33,831 nucleotides of DNA, from the IMG/VR virus record IMGVR_UViG_3300033463_000034, one strand, 5' to 3'. Under the pieces are notes generated by a model. The model searched no databases. It was not told where the DNA came from and worked only from the letters and a program-made list of their open reading frames with translations. This document shows positions 12,962-23,149 of this stretch, piece by piece; the stretch's first letter is position 1, and each line of letters opens with the position of its first letter. The stretch is from a virus. Its lineage: Duplodnaviria > Heunggongvirae > Uroviricota > Caudoviricetes. The position numbers and the translations under genes are program-made.

Positions 12962-13897
12962 TTAAATAGATCCGTAAGGTTCTCCATTAGTTGTAACAGA
13001 ATCATATCCAGTTGAATCTATTCTAATTCCAGCTTCATGTTCCATAACAGTGTTAATATCACCAGCTAATTTTTCTGAATCTTCAACAACTTGGATAACA
13101 CATAAAACTTTTTTAGTTCTATTGAAATAAGTATATCCAGGGAATGCATCCATTGTGAATGTAAATGTTGAAGGATCTCCAGTAGCAGCCATTGAGAATG
13201 TGAAGTTTGATTGAATTTTTACGTTTGGTAATGTAATTTCAGCAGGCATATCTTTTCCTGAGATTTGATCTCTGAATAATGTGCTAGCTTCAACATAATA
13301 GTATCCAGCGAAGTTTTCTGCATCAATTTGTAATTCAGAAACTTTTGCAGAATTTTTAACTACATAGTAGTCTACTAAAACAGTAGATCCAGCTTTACTT
13401 GCAGCACCTTCTAATTTTTTACCATCAGCTGATACAGTTAATTCTTCAACCATTTCTCCTGTAATAGATCCATCAGCTTCAGTAATTGTTACGAATACTG
13501 GAGCAGTAGCATCGATTTCTTCAGAAGCTCCTAAAGCATCAGTTAAATCAATATTTCCTTCTGCATCAATATTAGCAGCTGAAGTAGCATGAACGTGAAC
13601 TTCAACACCTTCTTTTTTGAATAATCCAGCTCCTGATAACATTGAGAAACTAATTGGAGATAATAAAGCATCTTCAACAGTGAAAGTTAATGTTTTTTCA
13701 CCTTCCCATGCGATTAAACGAGTATTTCCTCTACCACCAGTTGCATAAACTGTAGTTGCTGCACCTTCGATAGTAGATGTTTTAGCTGTATCAATATATA
13801 ATACTGGTTGTCCAGCTTTGAATGTAGTTCCACCAATTGAAATTGGATATTTAGCTTTGAAAACTACATTACATATCTCTCTTACACCAAATTTCAT
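12962..13897 (-). CDS. Major tail (tube) protein, 311 aa
   Basis: Intact ORF, AAGGAGG RBS, own terminator. Beta-rich sequence (KTSTIEGAATTVYATGGRGNTRLIAWEGEKTLTF..DPSTFTFTMDAF) of the kind seen in siphovirus tail tubes; lies between head-tail genes and TMP. The single Trp is TGG. Confidence 0.75.
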   Translation of the reverse strand: MKFGVREICNVVFKAKYPISIGGTTFKAGQPVLYIDTAKTSTIEGAATTVYATGGRGNTRLIAWEGEKTLTFTVEDALLSPISFSMLSGAGLFKKEGVEVHVHATSAANIDAEGNIDLTDALGASEEIDATAPVFVTITEADGSITGEMVEELTVSADGKKLEGAASKAGSTVLVDYYVVKNSAKVSELQIDAENFAGYYYVEASTLFRDQISGKDMPAEITLPNVKIQSNFTFSMAATGDPSTFTFTMDAFPGYTYFNRTKKVLCVIQVVEDSEKLAGDINTVMEHEAGIRIDSTGYDSVTTNGEPYGSI

Positions 13898-13999
13898 AAG
13901 TTTTTTCCTCCTTTATAAATTATTAATTTTTCCTTTTATCACTTAATAAGATTCGCTTAATTACGTGTTTCTTATTATAATTCATTTATTAGAGTTTTA

Positions 14000-14767
14000 T
14001 TATAAACTCTGGTCTTTTTTATCAACATTCGAGTGAATATCTTCCATCCAGTCATCAACTTCCTCTAAATCCTTTGCTCCAGCTAATTGAGCTTTTAAAT
14101 GGATATCTCAATTAAATTTTAATTGATATCTCTTAAATTCATCAAATAATTGATAAATTGTATAATTTAGCAAAGTATTCATGTCTTTATTTTCTCCTAC
14201 TGCAAGAATTGAAACATATCTACTCAAAATAGCAATTTTCTGATTATTATTTCCCTTAGCTTCTGCCAATTTAATTTGACGATCTCTAAGTTTATCAGCT
14301 ATTTGCCTTGCCAAAGTTCCAGACGGATTATAATCAGTATCTGCGCCGCCGCCTAAACATAGTATTTCATTTAATATTTTTATAAAAGTATCATAATTAT
14401 CTTTATTCAAGTTAATCATAACATCATCTTGTTTTAAATCTATTGACATATTGTCAAAATTTATATTAATTGAATAAGTAGGAAATAATAGAGATAATAC
14501 CATAATAGCACAAGTTTTTTGCTTTTGTACATTGGGATTTTTTTCTCTCATTATTGACATTAATATTTCAAAATTACTTATATTTTCTAAACGATTTCTG
14601 TCCTCACTACTTAATTTTTCTTTTGAAAAACGCAACAATTCACAACCAGAGAAGAATGCCTCTTCTCCAATTAGTGCTACTTCTTTAATTGTTGGCGGAT
14701 GCAATAATAAATGAATTTCTTCTATTGGGATATCGTTACCAGATAACAAAAGTAAATCATTTAACAT
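14000..14767 (-). CDS. Hypothetical head-tail region protein, 255 aa (code 4)
   Basis: Track ORF 14108..14767 extends through TGA 14108 (LKFN-W-DIHLKAQLAGAKDLEEVDDWMED..) to TAA 14000. Start is coupled (TAATG) to the upstream stop. Confidence 0.75.
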
Positions 14768-15351
14768 TAATCCTCATCTGGAATGCGATCATCAGACCCA
14801 TGAATCGCTCTATATGATAGTGTATAACCAGATAACACTTCATCTAATACTAACTCATTACAACCCATAAAATTTAAAGTCCCAATACCTGTTAATTTAG
14901 AATTATTTAATATTCCATCAATATAACCTGCAATTTTTAATGGTCTAATTTGATAATTATCCATAGCTCAATAATCAGTATGACAAATTATATCAAAGTG
15001 AATAGTACAATCTCTAAATTGAGGATTCTTTGCATTTGGAGTAAAATTATCAAAAGAAATGATAATATAAGATTTTACTTTTTCATGCTCTGGCATAGGT
15101 ATTTTTGGGGCTAACTTAATGTAGCCATCCCTAATTAAAGTTGATAATGTAGTATTATTTACTACTTCTTTATAATCTTCATTTTCAAGATTTGATAAAC
15201 AATCTTTCATTGGAATTACTAATAATCTTAATAATTGTTTATTTTTTATTTGATTATCAAAAAATAATTTAGTTAGTATTCTTTCTATATCTTTTTCAAT
15301 AGAAAGAAAAGATGAGTTTAAATCTGGTATTTCAATAACATCTCTTTTCAT
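14767..15351 (-). CDS. Putative tail completion/terminator-like protein, 194 aa (code 4)
   Basis: Track ORFs 14968..15351 and 14767..14964 are in one frame, joined by TGA 14968 (ICHTDY-W-AMDNY). Function inferred from synteny. Confidence 0.65.
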
Positions 15352-15373
15352 ATCTATCTAGCTCCTTTTATCC

Positions 15374-16351
15374 CTATAAAGATTTTATTGTAATAGTTTT
15401 TACAACATCCTCTTCATTTTCTTTTCTATATATTAAATCAACAGATCCACTTTTTGCAGAAATAATTGTTATAATAACTTTATCGGTTGTTTGACTATCT
15501 ATCTTTGCTTTTGTATTACTTAAAACCCAACTACCGCCTAATGAATTAACAATAGTATAAGTACCTCTATCAAAAGGATAAAGTTCATCAGGACCATTTA
15601 TCGCGGCAGCATCGATTGGAGTTTCATTATTCTCATTAGATGATTCTTCATCTTCAGGAATAGTATTTGTAACTGGATCAAATTCATTTGTAAATGTTTC
15701 TTTTAAATATACAATTAACATTGTATCAGAAGTTATATCATTTACCATTTGAACTTCCCATATTCTATCTCTTATTTCGACTTTTTGGAATCTATGGAAG
15801 AATCTTTCAGTAGTTTCATCTTTTGTTACATATAAAACAACTTCATATCCCATTTCACTCCAAGAATTAAGATTTTTAGTATGCCATAATGTTCCTTTAG
15901 TCCATTTGCCAAGATATCCATAATAAGATTTACCATTAATAACAATTTCATCTTCCGCCTTTCTTATAGTTGCACGGAAGTATGCATTTTCTTCCAAGAT
16001 CTCTTGAATAACAATCCATCTTGTTGAAGTTTCTTTTCAAGTAAAAGTATCTCCAACTTTCATTCCTATTTCCTCTTCGCCTTCATGTGTTTTACCTTCG
16101 CGATGATCCGCATTTAAACATATATCTTTATAAGGAATAGAAATAATTTTATCATCATAATCTTCTTTTAATTTATCATGATTTATTAAACATCTAAACT
16201 CTCTACCATCTTCTAAAATTGCAGTTTGACCTTGATAAGAATATAATAATGCTTTTTTTAAACTTCTTAATTTATCAGCATTCATTCTTTGTTCTTGATT
16301 GCCGCCTCCGCGATAATCAATTCTAAGTCTTAAATTATCTAAGCTCGACAT
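15374..16351 (-). CDS. Putative head-closure/head-tail joining protein, 325 aa (code 4)
   Basis: Track ORFs 16037..16351 and 15374..15997 are in one frame, joined by TGA 16037 (GDTFT-W-KETSTRW). Stop is TAG. Function inferred from synteny. Confidence 0.65.
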
Positions 16352-16655
16352 AATCTTTCACCTTATTCATTAAATTTAAACATTCAAAGATTGTTCTTCT
16401 AAAACTGAAAAAATCTCTTTCATCAATTTCAAATAATCCTTCTAATTTAGATATTAATGATAATGTATCTGGACCTAATTCCGCATTAAATAAATTATTC
16501 ATTCCCGCAATTTCTTCAATTATTGTTGAAAGAGGGGTAGCTCAATCTATTCCCTCTTCCTTATTTGGTAGTAATTTATAAGTTTGATTAATTAATCTTT
16601 TTAAATTTGTAATAATAATTTCATTACTAATTTCAGTTTCATACTTAGTTATCAT
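16335..16655 (-). CDS. Small head-tail region protein, 106 aa, absent from the ORF track (code 4)
   Basis: ATG 16655: MITKYETEISNE..YKLLPNKEEGID-W(TGA 16542)-ATPLSTIIEEIAGM..FRRTIFECLNLMNKVKDYVELR, TAA 16335. Exactly fills the gap between two genes; RBS GAAAGGGG. Confidence 0.8.
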
Positions 16656-16657
16656 AA

Positions 16658-17203
16658 TTAACCCCTTTCTTTATAAGGTGCCATTATAATATCTAAAGTA
16701 GATTTAGGAGCACCATCTTTTCTAGGGGCTCTTCTTTTATATAAACGTTGTAAATGAAACCCTTCTCTTTCATAATCTTTCTTTATAACAAGTAACTTTT
16801 GCATGTGATTAGCTTGAGATGTAAATTTAAAATCTGTTCCACTAAATTTCATTCTTACATTTTCTATACTAGCTAACTGTTGACCTAATCATTCAACAAT
16901 CATATAAGTTGATAATATATTAATTTCTTCTAATGATAAAATATTATTAAAATAACCCACTATATATTGTTTTTCAGTATGAGTTTCTTCTTCATTAGTT
17001 ATTTCTATATCTTCTTCTTTTCCTACTTCATAATCAAATAAATTAATTCTAGGAAATTCAAATTTAGGAATTGCAGAAATTAATAAATCTTCTAACATTC
17101 TATAAGTTTCATCTTTTGTCAACTCCATATACATGTCATCAGTTATCTTTGATAAAAAGCTATCATATATAACAGAAAAAGGTGTTGTATTATTATCTTC
17201 CAT
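16658..17203 (-). CDS. Putative head-tail adaptor/connector, 181 aa (code 4)
   Basis: Track ORFs 16889..17203 and 16658..16852 are in one frame, joined by TGA 16889 (TYMIVE-W-LGQQLAS). GAGGTG RBS. Confidence 0.7.
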
Positions 17204-17221
17204 ACTACACCTCCTCTTTTA

Positions 17222-17788
17222 TTAATTTATAATTTTATATCTTCCACTTGTGCTGCTAGTAGTTGTTTTTGTATTTGTAGCTTCCATAGGGTTAGCTCTT
17301 CTTTTACTTGTAGCAGCCTCTTCTTTAGAATCTTCTTCTGAATTTTCATTTAATTCTATAGATCTAGATACATTAAATCCTGTTTTATTAAAAATTTCTT
17401 CTCTTTTAGCATTACTATCAATTTTTAAATCAACTGCATCTTGTTTAATTAACTCAACAACTCCTTTAGGACCAAACTCTAAAGCATCTTGTAACTGAGC
17501 TAAAGATCCTTCTTTTAATAGTTTTTTAATAATTTCTTGAGTATAATAATATTCAGGTTCAACTTCACCTAAAATTTCTTCTACAGCTTCTTCATCTTGA
17601 ATAATAAGATAGTTTTTTAATAATTCTTTTCCGCCTCTTGTCCATGATAATTTTTCAATTTCATCAAAAGTAACTTCTTTAGTTTCTCCAGCAGTAAAAG
17701 TTCTATGTGCTCCTGTATCAGGAATAATATATCCAACAGGACCTGTATCTCTATTTGTTAATTTTATGATTTTACTTTTTTCAATCAT
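17222..17788 (-). CDS. Hypothetical protein downstream of the capsid gene, 188 aa
   Basis: Intact ORF, AAGGAGG RBS, TAA stop. The single Trp is TGG. Confidence 0.8.
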   Translation of the reverse strand: MIEKSKIIKLTNRDTGPVGYIIPDTGAHRTFTAGETKEVTFDEIEKLSWTRGGKELLKNYLIIQDEEAVEEILGEVEPEYYYTQEIIKKLLKEGSLAQLQDALEFGPKGVVELIKQDAVDLKIDSNAKREEIFNKTGFNVSRSIELNENSEEDSKEEAATSKRRANPMEATNTKTTTSSTSGRYKIIN

Positions 17789-17875
17789 AATTTTAAGCCT
17801 CCTTGTATCTCCATTTTATATTTTTATTCTTATAAATAATATACAATAAATTTTCAATATTTTCAAATTTTCCAA

Positions 17876-17915
17876 CAAAAAATCGGGGAAGATTAATTTA
17901 TTATAATTAATCTTC
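17876..17915 (-). terminator. Intrinsic terminator after the major capsid gene
   Basis: Stem GAAGATTAATT/AATTAATCTTC (17888-17915) followed by CCCGATTTTTTG on the minus strand. Confidence 0.6.
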
Positions 17916-17962
17916 TTAAATCTCAATTATAATATTTTTTCTTCCCCAAAATTATTTATATA

Positions 17963-19003
17963 TTAAATTGAATCAGTGATTGATAAACTTGTATTTCTAT
18001 ATACACAAATATTATTTGTAATTAATGTAGCAACACCAAATTTTTTGTAAACTCTGATTTCTCTTGACCAGTCTTCATTGTCAACTTCTTTAACAGCAGT
18101 AGCTCCTTCGAAAGCAATTTTAACTGGTTTTGTATTATCTCCAGCAGGGATAATCCAAGCATATGATGGATCAATAACTTTAGTAGTGTTAGTTTCATCT
18201 GTATAAGATTGATTTAAGATAATTACATTGTGTCCTTTGTAATTAGCTAAGTAACCATTATTCCATCTTTGATCTTTCATTGCGTCAGATCTCCATCCAG
18301 ATTCAGGAACCATAGTTGCAGCAAATTCATAAGTACAGTAAATAGTTGATTTACCATATGAGTCAGCTACAGAAACTAATCTATCCATTTCGCTTTCTAC
18401 GAATTGGTTTTCAGTAACTTTATTAGCTCCTTGTAATGTTTCTACAGATGCAATTAAAGCTTTAGCGATTTCTTTATAAACAGCTTCATCTAATCCTTCC
18501 ATAACGATTTCGATTAAATCAGCAAAATCTACTCTACCATCTAAGAATTCTTCGAATCCGATTTGAGCAGCTCCACCCCAAGCTTCAGTTGTTACATCGA
18601 TATATTTTCCATCTAATTTGAATACTTCATAAACACCAGCTAAACCAACTCTAGTAACGAATTGTTTTGCTCTTCTTTTTGAAGCAGTTGTAATTTTTTG
18701 AACGAATCTAGGTTTATCTCCATTTGCTACAGTTTTAATTTCAGCAAACATTCCATATTGATCTAATACTTTTTTAGGTAATACATCACTAATAACTTCT
18801 TCGATTAATTCAAAAATTGTATTTTGGTTAGCTCTATATAAAGCATAGCTTCCAGCTAATTCTTTTAATTCACTTCTTAAAGTGTCATTTAAAGCAGCAT
18901 AACTTAATTTAGTATCTCCATAAGAATATGCAACTGTTGAAGAAGGATCAGCTTTTGCTACAGTTTTAGCTAATGTAAATAAATCATTTTTTCCTAATGC
19001 CAT
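17963..19003 (-). CDS. Major capsid protein (HK97-fold expected), 346 aa
   Basis: Position after portal-protease-170 aa gene; size; AGGAGG RBS; strongly biased codon usage (GCT, TTC, AAC, ATC, GAA); followed by a terminator. All 5 Trp are TGG. Confidence 0.8.
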   Translation of the reverse strand: MALGKNDLFTLAKTVAKADPSSTVAYSYGDTKLSYAALNDTLRSELKELAGSYALYRANQNTIFELIEEVISDVLPKKVLDQYGMFAEIKTVANGDKPRFVQKITTASKRRAKQFVTRVGLAGVYEVFKLDGKYIDVTTEAWGGAAQIGFEEFLDGRVDFADLIEIVMEGLDEAVYKEIAKALIASVETLQGANKVTENQFVESEMDRLVSVADSYGKSTIYCTYEFAATMVPESGWRSDAMKDQRWNNGYLANYKGHNVIILNQSYTDETNTTKVIDPSYAWIIPAGDNTKPVKIAFEGATAVKEVDNEDWSREIRVYKKFGVATLITNNICVYRNTSLSITDSI

Positions 19004-19018
19004 ACTAATCTATCCTCC

Positions 19019-19531
19019 TTACGCAATTCTTTGAACCTTAACAGCTTCTTGTCCATCTGCCATTGTATATACTTTTACAACTTTAAATTGGATATCGCTT
19101 GAAGCGTCTTTTTCTAAGAATCCTTTCGCATTTATTCCTAATACGTTACCAACTTCTAAATCTGTCATTTCAGTTTTAGCATCTCTAGAAGCAGCAGCTT
19201 TTTCTAAACAGTTAGTTGTATAGATATCACCTACGTTAGTTTTGAAAACTCTTGGATAAATTTTCTTATCTGAGCTATCAGTAACTTTTTGAGCAAAGTC
19301 TTTGTAAGTTTCTCTATAACCATCGTATAATTTAACTTCGTTGAATACTAACATCCATTCACCATCTTCAGCTGTTTTGTTAACTTCACCGTTAGCATAA
19401 TCATATTTAACAAATTCACCATTTTCTAAGATTTCAATATCTTCAGCAGCAGGTAATTGTGCATAAATTTGACCAGTTCTTTGAGCTGATAAATGATTAG
19501 GTTCAACTTGTCCAAAACCTTTTCTTATCAT
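19019..19531 (-). CDS. Putative capsid decoration/cement protein, 170 aa
   Basis: Intact ORF between protease and capsid genes, with the same high-expression codon bias and a GAGGAG RBS. Function inferred. Confidence 0.6.
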   Translation of the reverse strand: MIRKGFGQVEPNHLSAQRTGQIYAQLPAAEDIEILENGEFVKYDYANGEVNKTAEDGEWMLVFNEVKLYDGYRETYKDFAQKVTDSSDKKIYPRVFKTNVGDIYTTNCLEKAAASRDAKTEMTDLEVGNVLGINAKGFLEKDASSDIQFKVVKVYTMADGQEAVKVQRIA

Positions 19532-19549
19532 AGTTTAATCCTCCTCTAT

Positions 19550-20263
19550 TTATTTTTGGCTATTTTGAGTATTTATGCAAGCAGAAATCCATGCAGGTAT
19601 AGAGCTTTCATTATTTTCAATATTGAAAGTTGTAACTGTTGAATTTTCTTCTTCTGTTGTATTTTCATTTTTAGCTATATCCTCTGAATCAAAATTAACC
19701 TTATTTCTTACACAAATTACAGATAATTTTGCTTCAATTTCATCTAAGCTATATTCATTAATATGTTCTTTAACATCTTTCTTATCTTCATCTGATAACA
19801 TATAAAAACTATTAATTAAATTATTTTTCTTTTCAGTTTCTACTTGATTTTTAAATTCAACTAATTCATTATATTTACTTTCTAATTCAGAATAAGATGC
19901 TTTTAAAGAATTATAATCTTCTAAAGAAAATTCAGATTCAGCATTTGCTTCTTCCGTAACTTCTTCAGATTCATTTTCTACTTCTGTATTTTCAATTTCT
20001 TCTTCTACAGGAGTTTCTTCTTCTTGTTCTCCATTAGATTCTTCTTCAGTTTCAGCTTCAGTATTTTCTTCTTCTTCAACTTCAGGTTCTTCTATGCTTT
20101 CTTCAGCTTCACTTTCTTCACTAAATTCAGCTTCAGGAGTTTCTTCTACAGAAGTTTCTTCTGTGTCAATAGAAGCTTCAGCAGTTTCTTCTTCTACTAC
20201 TTCTTCAACATTTTCAGTTTCTGCAGCAGTTTCTTCGATAACTTCTTGATTTTCTATTTCCAT
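19550..20263 (-). CDS. Possible nested in-frame scaffold protein, 237 aa
   Basis: Perfect AAGGAGG sits 6 nt upstream of an internal ATG (20261-20263, ..ALEGGKN-M-EIENQ), exactly at the start of the acidic region. Confidence 0.55.
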   Translation of the reverse strand: MEIENQEVIEETAAETENVEEVVEEETAEASIDTEETSVEETPEAEFSEESEAEESIEEPEVEEEENTEAETEEESNGEQEEETPVEEEIENTEVENESEEVTEEANAESEFSLEDYNSLKASYSELESKYNELVEFKNQVETEKKNNLINSFYMLSDEDKKDVKEHINEYSLDEIEAKLSVICVRNKVNFDSEDIAKNENTTEEENSTVTTFNIENNESSIPAWISACINTQNSQK

Positions 20264-20968
20264 ATTTTTTCCTCCTTCTAATGCAAATTTTAAATCTTGC
20301 ATCATAGTAAATAATGTGTGTTTAAAATCATCATCTACTTTACTAAAAGTTGAACTTACTTGTGGAGCTGTTACGCTAGCACCTTCAAAACAAGGTTCAA
20401 CATCTTCTCCTAAGATACATAATTTAGAAAAAATTGCATCATTAATTATGAAAAAATCCATACCTGTTTTAGTATTAGTTGACCAATGTCCATCTAAACT
20501 TTCTTCATCTAATTCCATAGATTGATTATTTCCTTTTTCAATAACTCTTTTAGCTTCTTCGTATTGTCCAGTCCATAAAAAACCAGTAGTCATTAAATAT
20601 TCTCTTGTTATTTTATTTCCAAAATCATCAGTATCTTCAAATTCTTGAAACCATACTTTTGCATCTGGAGCAACAAAACCATAAGGTTTAGTTAAACAAT
20701 TAAATTTAATTCCTTCATCATCAAAGATAACTTGTTCTCCATGATCTGCGAAGTCTTCTTTTTCTTCTTTATAATATCCTACAATAGGAGCCCCTCTTAA
20801 TGTTTTTGCCATGTCTGCGGCAACTTCTTTAGTTATGTAGCTATGATTTCTATTTTCTCCTACATATAAAACTTTAATCTCACATTTAGACATTAAAGGA
20901 TTAATATCTAAAGGTTGAAGATTAATGAATTCAGGAGAACTAATTGTTGCAATTGATTGATGCATCAT
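19550..20968 (-). CDS. Prohead protease-scaffold fusion, 472 aa
   Basis: N-terminal globular domain (KVLYVGENRNHSYI..LRGAPIVG..QSMEL..FSKLCILG..PCFEGA) followed by a very acidic low-complexity linker and a coiled-coil C-terminus; lies directly after the portal. All 4 Trp are TGG. Confidence 0.75.
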   Translation of the reverse strand: MMHQSIATISSPEFINLQPLDINPLMSKCEIKVLYVGENRNHSYITKEVAADMAKTLRGAPIVGYYKEEKEDFADHGEQVIFDDEGIKFNCLTKPYGFVAPDAKVWFQEFEDTDDFGNKITREYLMTTGFLWTGQYEEAKRVIEKGNNQSMELDEESLDGHWSTNTKTGMDFFIINDAIFSKLCILGEDVEPCFEGASVTAPQVSSTFSKVDDDFKHTLFTMMQDLKFALEGGKNMEIENQEVIEETAAETENVEEVVEEETAEASIDTEETSVEETPEAEFSEESEAEESIEEPEVEEEENTEAETEEESNGEQEEETPVEEEIENTEVENESEEVTEEANAESEFSLEDYNSLKASYSELESKYNELVEFKNQVETEKKNNLINSFYMLSDEDKKDVKEHINEYSLDEIEAKLSVICVRNKVNFDSEDIAKNENTTEEENSTVTTFNIENNESSIPAWISACINTQNSQK

Positions 20969-21032
20969 AATAATTCCTCCCTTAAACTATATTAATATCA
21001 ATTTTTGCTTTATAAAATTTTGATTTTTTGTC

Positions 21033-22640
21033 CTAAGATTGAGATTCTTTATTTTGAATAGTTTTCTCAGTAACATCTTCACCTTTAGACTCATTTGTTG
21101 GTCTTCCAGCTTCATCATTTGTTGAATCGGCATTTCCGCCATTTTTATTTTGTTCATTAACTCTATTAAGTACATCAGAGTTCATTGTACTAGACATCAT
21201 AGGTGGAATAAATACATTAATTAAATCTAATATATCATTTTCAAAATATGCATTAGCAAGTATAGAACTTTGAGATTGACCTAGTGCAATTTGTGCTAAT
21301 AATTTACTATAACCTAATTGCATTTGTTCTTTATATAATTTAGCCATTTCTTTATAATTATAAATAGTTGTTGTTAATAATTGTATTCTATAATATATTT
21401 TCTTTGGAGTCTTATTAAATCTTTTAATTAAATAATTTAAAAAATCTTGAAAACTTAACAATAAATTATATAATGATGCTTCATCATTTAAAATTGATTT
21501 TTCAAGAGCAATATTACCATCAGTATTAAATTGCATTTGAGAAATACCTGCTTCATTAAATACAGTTCTTTCTACTTTCTCTAAATCATCTACTGTTGTT
21601 GTAGTATTTCTATCAGCCATATCTGCAACTTCTACATCTGCAAAAGTAGTTAAAACATCTATTCCAATTGCTTTACCCAACATATTAACAGCATTATTAT
21701 GAAGTTGTTGAGCTTCATCTACATCAAATATTAAATCTCCATTTTTATCTAAAGGCATTTTTTGAATTATAATTTTTAATAATTTTTGCAACATTTTCTT
21801 TCTATCTAATTCTTGTGCATCATTTAAATCAATGATTGCTGGAATAACAGATATAAGAACTGGGAAATCTTCCCCATTAATATTAAATTTAATTGTGTTA
21901 TTTATATCTAATAAATACCATCCTGCAGTATCTCCAGCAAAATCTGGCACCAATTTTCCATTTTTGTAAAGAATATAACCTTTTTTAAATTCTTTTGGAA
22001 ATAAATTTAATACTTTCATTCTTTGATTTGCATCTTTAAATGCTTCATCAAAATATTTCATATTAAATTCTACTGCAGGTCTTCCGCCAACTTTATATCT
22101 AGAACGACAATATTGGATAGGAAGCTCTTGTATTTGAGTTATACTATCTTCTTCAATAATATAACCATAATAACATCCATTTTTAATAACTTTTAAAGCG
22201 ACTTCTCCAAAATATTTTTTTACACCAAAATTATCAAAATAATCAAGGACTTGATGAAATGTATTTAAAATTTTAGTATCTTTTAAATTTTCATCATTAA
22301 TATAAGGAGTTACCATTCAGTCATATCTATACATATATGCTAAATAACGACATAATCTGTTATAAATACCACTTACTCTATAAAAGAAATTAGAAATATC
22401 TCTCATTGTTTTTAAATCATTTTGGGCTATTGCTTTTAAAACAACACCTTTATTAGCAAGTCTTGGATCTACTCTTTTTAAACTAGAATTGATATCAAGA
22501 GTTGCATCTTCTAATGTTTGTAACCCTACTTTAATTTTTGAAAAATCAACAGGAATATATTCTTCACTTGGAACTCTGGTGTCATTAGGAGTCATAACAA
22601 ATCCTTTCTTTTTTATTTCTTGGATTCTATTATTTATCAA
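21033..22640 (-). CDS. Portal protein, 535 aa (code 4)
   Basis: Track ORFs 22317..22661 and 21033..22316 are contiguous in frame across TGA 22317 (YMYRYD-W-MVTPY). Likely TTG start at 22640 after AGGAGG; stop is TAG. Position between terminase and protease. Confidence 0.85.
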
Positions 22641-22674
22641 AGTAGACACCCTCCTTTGCAATTAAATCAGTATA

Positions 22675-23043
22675 TTAAAAACCGCCAAGATTATAATAAG
22701 CTTTCATAATATAATCATAATCAATATAACTTTCATCTGTATATGGAATAGCTATTAAAATTATATTATGTTTTCTACAATATTCTCTTTTTAGCATATC
22801 ATTATACTGTTGTTTTTTTAATCCACTGTTCCCGCCAAATTTACTTTTGGCTGTATAATGTTGAATTCCTTGATATTCAATTAAAAATCATAATTCTCCA
22901 TCATCATCAAAAACAGCAAAATCAAAACGAAGAGGTCTTCCATTTGAGCTGCATAAATCAGAAAAAGAATATTCTTCTTCAAAAATTAAACCTGATTGTT
23001 GTAAAACTTCTTCAATTTTTATTTCTCCTCTACTAGCTCTCAT
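22675..23043 (-). CDS. Small PD-(D/E)XK / Vsr-like (DUF559-type) endonuclease, 122 aa, absent from the ORF track (code 4)
   Basis: ATG 23043 with GGAGGTG RBS: MRASRGEIKIEEVLQQ..FEEEYSFSDL..RPLRFDFAVFDDDGEL-W(TGA 22888)-FLIEYQGIQHY..YNDMLKREYCRKHNIILIAIPY. The RFDF..IEYQG.QH..D..K..YC pattern is typical of this family. Confidence 0.8.
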
Positions 23044-23149
23044 TTCTACACCTCCTACAATATATTTAATATACTGTAGTTACATTTTCATGTTTCCTAC
23101 AGTATTATAATTTTTATCTTAATAAAATAATCTATTTTTACCCAGCGGC

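Noticed and set aside
19930-20260. Tandem repeat or mobile element in the TTC-rich tract
   Set aside because: It simply encodes the Glu-rich scaffold linker.
20987-21175. Minus-strand 62-aa ORF
   Set aside because: Alternative frame overlapping the portal 3' end; no RBS.
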